Positions 26,280-32,000 of a DNA stretch of 32,000 bases are shown here, in pieces (positions within the stretch are counted from its first letter, which is position 1; the number at the start of each line of letters is the position of its first letter). The notes under the pieces were generated by a model that saw only the letters and a list, made by a program, of their open reading frames with translations, did no database searches and was not told where the DNA came from. The translations under genes and the position numbers were made by a program. Origin of the DNA: Microcystis aeruginosa NIES-843 (GTDB lineage Bacteria > Cyanobacteriota > Cyanobacteriia > Cyanobacteriales > Microcystaceae); NCBI RefSeq assembly GCF_000010625.1, contig NC_010296.1:4950001-4982000 (forward strand), written 5' to 3'.

Positions 26280-27404
26280 TCACTTACTGTCGGTAAGTCC
26301 TATTTCCTGTAACCTCCTCTTCAACCCAGACCGGTTACTGTACTGTTCGTAAATCTGGTTCAGGCGCTCTTGGAAAACGGGCAACCCGTTTTGATATTCG
26401 GCTAAATCTCTTAATTTGACCAACAATTTAACAGCCTCATCGTAGGATTTAGACTGGGCTTTCTGAATTAGGGACTCGACTTGCTGCCAAACTTGCGCTT
26501 CCCGTTTAGCTAAAGTTTGTAGTTCCTCAATTCGCTTGGCTTCCGCTTCTTGTTGTCGCCGTTTTTCTGCCTTTTTTTCTTCCTCAGAAGCAGCCTCAAG
26601 AAGTTCTTGAACCGTGCGTCGAGCCTGGTTAGAGGGGGGAGAAGTAGGGATTAATTGAGACAGCTTTTGTTTGAATTTAGCAGATAAATTATGTTCTCCT
26701 TTAGCCAGTCTTAATAGGAAATCTTGGCGTTCAGAAGCCGATAATTGGCTAATAGCTTGTTGCCAAGTTTGCTTAGAGATAGTTGTTAGTTTACCACTGG
26801 ATGCACAAGCAACATTTAATAAGTGTTCGTCCAATTCAAAGATTTCTGTAAAAGCCTTTTGAGATGCAGAAAGTTGATTTAGTCCGGGGGGTAGAGGAGG
26901 TTCTAGTTGGGTCTTATCGATGTCTATATATCCCTCCGATAAGTCAATAGCTTTCAGCCAGGCTAAATATAATCCTCGATAGTCTTGCTGGAGAATTTCT
27001 TGGCGTAATCCTATCAATTCCGATAGAATCCCTTCTCCTTCTATCCAGTCATTAAAACCCTCTTCTTGACTAAATTCCCAATCTAAAATTGCCCAATCTC
27101 CCGCAAAAGATAAGCTGATATAATCATCAATACAGTAAAGTTCAATTGCTTCTCGGTTGATCAGGGATGTGGGAAAACGAAACATTAATTGCTGTGTTCC
27201 CCAGTTGGCGATGTAGTACATGATATCGAAATACCGAGCCAGCACCTGTTTGGGATCCCCCCGAAAATTGCCGTAACTATAGGTGAAACTGGCAGTCGTT
27301 GCCGTCGGTTTGACGCGGCTCGATAGCTCGCCTATGGCAGCCCTTTCCTCTTGGGTGAGGGGGCGATCGATAGCTTGGAATTCGTAATATTGGTATTCGC
27401 TCAT
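26280..27404 (-). CDS. Conserved-looking hypothetical protein with a globular N-domain (MSEYQYYEFQAIDRPL...) and a C-terminal charged coiled-coil region
   Basis: The track start (27413) is a TTG. The ATG at complement of 27402-27404 gives MSEYQYYEF. The C-terminal third is E/K/Q/R-rich (EEEKKAEKRRQQEAEAKRIEELQTLAKREAQVWQQVESLIQKAQ). Confidence 0.7.
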   Translation of the reverse strand: MSEYQYYEFQAIDRPLTQEERAAIGELSSRVKPTATTASFTYSYGNFRGDPKQVLARYFDIMYYIANWGTQQLMFRFPTSLINREAIELYCIDDYISLSFAGDWAILDWEFSQEEGFNDWIEGEGILSELIGLRQEILQQDYRGLYLAWLKAIDLSEGYIDIDKTQLEPPLPPGLNQLSASQKAFTEIFELDEHLLNVACASSGKLTTISKQTWQQAISQLSASERQDFLLRLAKGEHNLSAKFKQKLSQLIPTSPPSNQARRTVQELLEAASEEEKKAEKRRQQEAEAKRIEELQTLAKREAQVWQQVESLIQKAQSKSYDEAVKLLVKLRDLAEYQNGLPVFQERLNQIYEQYSNRSGLKRRLQEIGLTDSK

Positions 27405-27470
27405 GGTGTGCAACCTATCTCAAGGTTTATGATCGATATGCTGATAATTGATAATTGTACGGGGATAGTT

Positions 27471-27503
27471 AGGGTTTGCTGAATAAATCTAAAAACCTTG
27501 TTG
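27471..27503. repeat. Left-end fragment of the MITE-like element
   Basis: agggtttgctgaataaatctaaaaaccttgttg matches the left 33 nt of copies A and B and then diverges. Confidence 0.6.
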
Positions 27504-27630
27504 ACCCACTTTCCGCATTTCTTAACATTCAATTGATGATTTTTACTAATATATTGCTTAAAACCCATTGCCAGTAAAGATTATAGCTACAATGATAAGT
27601 AGGTAAGGTAGGCGTTAAAAATTATCAGAT

Positions 27631-27730
27631 GCCCCCCTTATTAAGGGGGGATTAAGGGGGGATCCCCCCGCCTATCGGCACCCCCCTTATCAAGGGGGGC
27701 AGGGGGGATCGAACCTAAAATCCATTTTTA
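27631..27730 (-). repeat. Inverted partner of the 37-bp repeat locus (about 2 units plus flank)
   Basis: 27661-27710 is the reverse complement of 22240-22289 with 1 mismatch. Similarity continues, with scattered mismatches, for about 20 nt more into the flank. An upstream variant unit reads gccccccttattaaggggggattaagggggg. Confidence 0.85.
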
Positions 27731-28461
27731 ATTTAATTATAACCAGCTACTTAGATTTTTATCAAGGTGAAGAATTGTAATTTTTTTTCTCAGAAAAAAT
27801 CAATTATTGAAACTGTTCTCAATAGTAGTTTCTACAATGAAGGTTTCTCGTCAAAACATCTTGGGGAATGTAAAAATATATAAAAGTATATGAAGATGTG
27901 CGGAATGTCGGCCTATAACTAAAGATAAATTCGACAGGACGGGCGATCTCGGATGTATTAGGAATGGCAAGAATGGGCAAATCGCCCGATCTTTACCGAT
28001 AAGGAAAAAGTTCGGGTGATCGATCGGTAATTTCCCCGCATCGGTCTTTGCAAGAAATCTAATCTATTCCTTTGGATAGTGGCACGGTCAAAATCGATAA
28101 GATGACAATTTCTTTTGTTAAGCACTTTAGCGATCGCTGGATATTTGTACGATTCATTGTCGGCTAATCGTTAAATTTTGTGAAAAAAACCTCATTGGTT
28201 GAGATTATCGGAGATAGAATCAGAATAGTTGAATAAGGGGGAAATAATTAGAGCCTTTTGGCATGGTTTCTCGATAGAAAATTCTGTAGATAAAAAAGCA
28301 CTGGGTCTGCTTTTCCCGACTATTACCGGAAGATCGGTTTGGCGGGTACGGCGGTGGCGTGTTTTTGAATTTAAAGTGTGATCGCTGTTCTTAGGGAGCA
28401 GTATGCTGTGGGGATGATGACGGCGAAGATTGTTCAGCTGAATCTGGAGGCATTTTAAGCA

Positions 28462-28737
28462 ATGACAGACAATAATAAAAGAGATTGGTTCAAAATATTC
28501 GATGTTTCCGCAAATGTTTTGGGTACTATTGGTACTATAGCAATTGCAGCAATTGGTTTTTGGTTTACTTACTCTTATAACCAAAGCCAACAGGAGCTTG
28601 ACCGAAACAAAGCTCTAACATCGTTAATAACATTTCTTGATGAGACAGAAACAGCAGAACCACAAAGAAAAACAGCTTACAACATTCTAATAAGATTAGG
28701 ATATGAAAAAGATTTTAGGAACTTAGCAGTTGAGTAG
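28462..28737 (+). CDS. Small membrane-anchored protein; possibly the N-terminal part of an IS-interrupted gene
   Basis: The 91-aa product has one clear TM helix (VLGTIGTIAIAAIGFWFTY). Its stop codon TAG (28735-28737) coincides with the first bases of the IS terminal inverted repeat. Confidence 0.5.
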   Translation: MTDNNKRDWFKIFDVSANVLGTIGTIAIAAIGFWFTYSYNQSQQELDRNKALTSLITFLDETETAEPQRKTAYNILIRLGYEKDFRNLAVE

Positions 28738-29954
28738 AACTCTTGCAAATTAATTATATGTTATAATGATGGGTTAACTAATTTTCCCCAAAAAATTAGT
28801 TAACCAGTACATTTGTCCTGAATGAAAACTTGAAGTTTAACTTTTAACTCAAAACTCTTTAGAGCTGCTTTAATTTGGTTATCAAAACCTCTTTATTTAA
28901 GCGGCACAAACTATCTCAATTATAAAAATTGAGAATAAATTCTCCTTGACTTGATTAATCTTTAGGCAACTTTTAAGAAGCTGCTATACCTATCCCTAAC
29001 TCACAGTTATAAATAGCCGCCAACAAGTTAACTCTTAAACTATATCTTCGACGACGATTCCGATATTTACAGGATAAGATTTTAAAGATTTTGAGTTTCC
29101 TATTTATAGGTTCAATGATAATCCTTTCTTTGGCTAAAGCCTTGTTATACTCTTTTTCTAACTCTGTTAATTTTCTATTTTTCGATTTCTTTTTCGGTGT
29201 ATAACTATTACTATGGTATGCAGCTATTCCCTGATAACCACTGTCTTCTATGCTGGTAGTTAAAGGATGAAAACGAACTCGACTTTTTTTAAATAAACTA
29301 AAATCATGACCTCTACCTTTCCCACAAAAGACACAGATAATTTCCTTTGTATTTTGATCAGCTACTAATTGGGATTTTAAAGTATGATAACCTCTTTTAC
29401 CCCCCAAAAAATCTTTCTGTTTCTTTTGGGGGCGTTCAATGGGAGTTTCCGTTACATCCATTACCGTTATGACCGGTATCTCTGCTTGATTGAGTAAAGC
29501 TTTTTTTCCTTTTAAACGGAAGTTTCCCGATTGTAAAAGCATTTTTTCCGTCTTATTTACAATCCGACATATAGTTGATTCTGATAGTTCCCAGCTTGTA
29601 CCAATGTGAAAATATGTTCTATATTCTCGCCAATATTCTAACGTTACTAAAACTTGTTCTTCTATAGATAGTTTAGGTTTCGGTCCCCTTTTAGATGGTG
29701 AATTAGAGTCGGCTTCAACACTTTTTACTGATTCTACCATCTTTCTATAGGTTTGTTTATACACACCGAAACGGCGTTTGAATTGTTCATCTGATAAGTT
29801 TTGATAATCCATAATTTTGCTAATAAACATAGCAAAATTATAGATGATTTCCTGACCTAAGATCACATTTTATTCTTTTTTCCACTTCAATCTAAGAATT
29901 GAGAAAAAAGCAAAACCTTATATTATACCATAAAAAAATTATGCAAGAGGTCTA
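28735..29954 (-). mobile_element. IS5-superfamily-like insertion sequence (~1.22 kb)
   Basis: The imperfect terminal inverted repeats are TAGAACTCTTGCAAATTAATTATATGTTATAAT (left) and the complement of ATTATACCATAAAAAAATTATGCAAGAGGTCTA (right). The element has a single transposase ORF. TA or TAG occurs at both junctions, so the exact ends are uncertain by 1-3 nt. Confidence 0.75.
28973..29812 (-). CDS. DDE transposase (IS5-family-like, HTH plus DDE domain)
   Basis: An N-terminal HTH region (LSIEEQVLVTLEYWREYRTYFHIGTSWELSESTICRIV) precedes the DDE core (VMDVTE..., DSGYQG, ...ERIIIEPINRKLKIFKILSCKYRNRRRRYSLRVNLLAAIYNCEL). I prefer the ATG at complement of 29810-29812 (MDYQNLSDEQ) to the track GTG start. 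Confidence 0.85.
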   Translation of the reverse strand: MDYQNLSDEQFKRRFGVYKQTYRKMVESVKSVEADSNSPSKRGPKPKLSIEEQVLVTLEYWREYRTYFHIGTSWELSESTICRIVNKTEKMLLQSGNFRLKGKKALLNQAEIPVITVMDVTETPIERPQKKQKDFLGGKRGYHTLKSQLVADQNTKEIICVFCGKGRGHDFSLFKKSRVRFHPLTTSIEDSGYQGIAAYHSNSYTPKKKSKNRKLTELEKEYNKALAKERIIIEPINRKLKIFKILSCKYRNRRRRYSLRVNLLAAIYNCELGIGIAAS

Positions 29955-29991
29955 GTATCCAAATCGTCTAGCAACCCAAAAGCTGATAGAG

Positions 29992-30603
29992 TTGGCAGCA
30001 GAGAAAAAAGAGACAAGAAAACAAAAACAAACCAAAGAATCGCCTCAAGAAAATATAATATCTCTTGAAGATATTCAAATAACTCTTGATGACTTTATTA
30101 CAAAATATTCAGAATCAATAAAAAGAAATGAGACAGAAAAACAAAAAGGATTAAGAGAATCTGTTCTTGCTATTGACGCTCACGCTCAAAAAGTTTACCC
30201 AGAATTAGCCGATAAAGCTGATGCGCTATTGAGTGAACCAGTGGTTAAACCAGAATCAGAAGAAAAGTTAGGGGATTTGTGGGTGGTTAAACCAGAATCA
30301 GAAGAAAAGTTAGGGGATTTGTGGGCTGTTATTTTCGGGAGCTATAGGTCGAAGGAAATTCCAGAAAAAGACATCAAAAAACTAGAGGCAACATTAGGGA
30401 AGGAGAGCTTAGGTATTAGAGTATATCAGCGTGACGGAAAATATAGACTTGTTTCGGTGTACAGAGATCAGGCAACAGCCAGAAATGCTCTCGATAAAGC
30501 CCAAAAGGAGAGACCAAGTTCCTATCTTAGAAATTTAGAGGATTGGTGTAACCAGAAGAAGTGTACTCCCATCCCCCCTAAACGAGACGATACTAATAAT
30601 TAA
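29992..30603 (+). CDS. Charged-linker protein with a C-terminal SPOR-like domain; probably the C-terminal part of an IS-interrupted gene
   Basis: The 203 aa contain no methionine, and the track start is a TTG. The frame stays open back to the IS junction (29956). The C-terminus WAVIFGSYRSKEIPEKDIKKLEATLGKESLGIRVYQRDGKYRLVSVYRDQATARNALDKAQ fits a SPOR beta-alpha-beta-beta-alpha-beta pattern. Confidence 0.5.
   Translation: MAAEKKETRKQKQTKESPQENIISLEDIQITLDDFITKYSESIKRNETEKQKGLRESVLAIDAHAQKVYPELADKADALLSEPVVKPESEEKLGDLWVVKPESEEKLGDLWAVIFGSYRSKEIPEKDIKKLEATLGKESLGIRVYQRDGKYRLVSVYRDQATARNALDKAQKERPSSYLRNLEDWCNQKKCTPIPPKRDDTNN
30241..30324 (+). repeat. Perfect 42-bp in-frame tandem duplication (VVKPESEEKLGDLW x2)
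   Basis: 30241-30282 is identical to 30283-30324 (gtggttaaaccagaatcagaagaaaagttaggggatttgtgg). Confidence 0.95.
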
Positions 30604-31252
30604 CCCCTCCCAGCGTGCATCTATACCCCGAACTTGCCCAACCTGCTCCCACTAGGACTCGCCCTCCCCAACCTGAAAGTATATTACTCTTTTCTTCTTT
30701 TCTGGGAGAGGGATTGGGGTTGAGGGCAATTAACCATCTCTGCCATTACTTTTGAAAAATGGCATTAGAGAGCGTTAGGCAGGGACAGTGACCGCCGAAA
30801 TCAGCAAAGACCGTTCAATTCCCCCAAAACAGCCTGATGTTTCTGCCGCGCTGACCTTTCCTCGGTCGATGTGCGCTGGTTGCCGATAGTCGATAGGTGG
30901 ATTTCGATAATCTCGTCAATTCTTTCGCTCGATGGCATCGAGTTCCCGACATATTTCGGCGGCCAGCCGATAATCCAGACTTCCCGTTAAAGTAGCTCCG
31001 TCATAGTGGCTGCCAGCATAGCAGCCGGGGTTATGGCCGCGGGGCAGTTTATCCCGGTTAAAAGTTTGAAAACAAGGGAAGCACAAGGTAAACTAATTAT
31101 GATAAAACATTAATATAGAGGTTCTCACACCTGTATGGCACAGTTAAACCTTTGCTGATTAAGCTTTTTAACATTGATAATGTACCTCCTGCGAACAGGA
31201 AATACTATAAATAAGCGGTAAAAATGAAATAAAATTAAGGGGAAAATTAATT

Positions 31253-31579
31253 ATGCAACTAGAAGATTATTTCTTATTTATCTCCGAAGATGATATTAGA
31301 ATCAAAGGTCATCGGCTCGGAATTGACAACGTACTCTTTTATTTCTTGGAAGGCTATACCCCAGAAGAAATAAATGCTATCTATCCCGATCTAAGTTTAG
31401 AGAAAATCTACGCAACTATTACTTATTATTTACAGAATCGGCAAAAAATTGATGCCTATTTATTGCGCCTCCAGAATTGGCGAGAGACTCGCTACCATGA
31501 AGCACTGAAAAATCCTTCGCCTCAACGAGAAAAGATGAGAAGAATTAAACAGCAAAGGCAAGATTCTGTCAAGGTATGA
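31253..31579 (+). CDS. DUF433-type small protein (putative antitoxin / HTH-like)
   Basis: IRIKGHRLGIDNVLFYFLEGYTPEEINAIYPDLSLEKIYATITYY matches the DUF433 pattern as I recall it (I.G.R...D.IL..L..G.S.EEI...YP.L.LE.I.AAL.YY). Its stop overlaps the next ATG in an ATGA junction. Confidence 0.75.
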   Translation: MQLEDYFLFISEDDIRIKGHRLGIDNVLFYFLEGYTPEEINAIYPDLSLEKIYATITYYLQNRQKIDAYLLRLQNWRETRYHEALKNPSPQREKMRRIKQQRQDSVKV

Positions 31580-31935
31580 AAATCAAGTTTTTACTCGATG
31601 AAACCTTATCCCCCCGCTTGAAAGTCGCTGTCTTAAGGTTAAATCCAGAGATAGATATTTTACGCATTGGAGAGCCGAATACACCACCGTTAGGAACTCT
31701 TGACCCTGATGTTTTACAGTATTTAGGATTATCTCAACGACTCTTGGTGACAGATAATCGTACCAGTATGACTGAACATTTAGAAGAATATTGGCAAAAA
31801 AATCAACAAATCTGGGGACTGTTTTAGATACGTCCCACAACAACAACGGGAAAACTAGCCGAAGAATTAATTATGATTTGGGAAACTACCGAAGCAGAAG
31901 AATGGATCGATATTGTCGATTGGATTCCTTTTTAA
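31576..31935 (+). pseudogene. DUF5615/PIN-like (Mut7-C-type) small protein interrupted by one in-frame TAG
   Basis: MKIKFLLDETLSPRL...LVTDNRTSM...QQIWGLF is followed by a TAG at 31825-31827. The same frame then continues IRPTTTTGKLAEELIMIWETTEAEEWIDIVDWIPF to a TAA at 31933-31935. The combined length of about 119 aa fits the family size. Confidence 0.65.
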
Positions 31936-32000
31936 TTAATGATATAATAAAATTATTACCGTCCTTTTTATGCTTGATTATTAATTTGAATGACTCGCCA

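Noticed and set aside
28192-28590. 132-aa minus-strand ORF
   Set aside because: It has an odd, low-complexity Cys/Asn/His/Arg-rich composition in AT-rich DNA and overlaps the start of the more plausible TM-protein ORF on the opposite strand.
31825-31827. Programmed amber read-through or pyrrolysine-type recoding, given TAG codons at two accessory-gene junctions (28735, 31825)
   Set aside because: No recoding machinery or signal is visible. The first TAG is explained by the IS terminus or TSD and the second by a simple nonsense mutation.

Overview
The window looks like chromosomal DNA from a cyanobacterium. It carries psbH, an Fe-SOD, narB behind a candidate NtcA box, glgB and malQ, and at least five GCGATCGC (HIP1) palindromes. 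The heptamer microsatellites are, from memory only, typical of Microcystis. About 22 credible genes are mostly housekeeping: lipA, an MscS-family channel, a monothiol glutaredoxin, dnaX, narB, an mnmD-like methyltransferase, an alpha/beta hydrolase, sodB, psbH, tatA, glgB, a fasciclin-domain protein, rnz, argF and malQ. I found no rRNA, tRNA or CRISPR array. The non-routine content is as follows. (1) A 785-nt ORF-less group II intron on the minus strand has a canonical 5' GUGCG, domain V and a domain VI with a bulged A. It sits exactly in register inside a (GGGTGTG)n microsatellite, upstream of dnaX. (2) A 1078-aa tubulin/FtsZ-superfamily protein has a long helical middle region and a C-terminal zinc ribbon, and starts 2 nt after the rnz stop. 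(3) A spacerless 37-bp tandem array lies right after that gene, and an inverted partner lies 5.4 kb away. Together they bracket argF, orf141, malQ and orf377. (4) Copies of a ~217-bp MITE-like element are present, and one supplies the last codons and stop of narB. (5) Nearly every intergenic gap is built from modular heptamer microsatellites. (6) A low-GC accessory tail (27.7-32 kb) holds an IS5-like element that appears to split a TM-anchored SPOR-like gene, a perfect 42-bp in-frame duplication, a GC-rich gene relic, and a DUF433/DUF5615-type toxin-antitoxin-like pair whose second gene carries an in-frame TAG. All product calls rest on motif recognition by eye. No database search was run.
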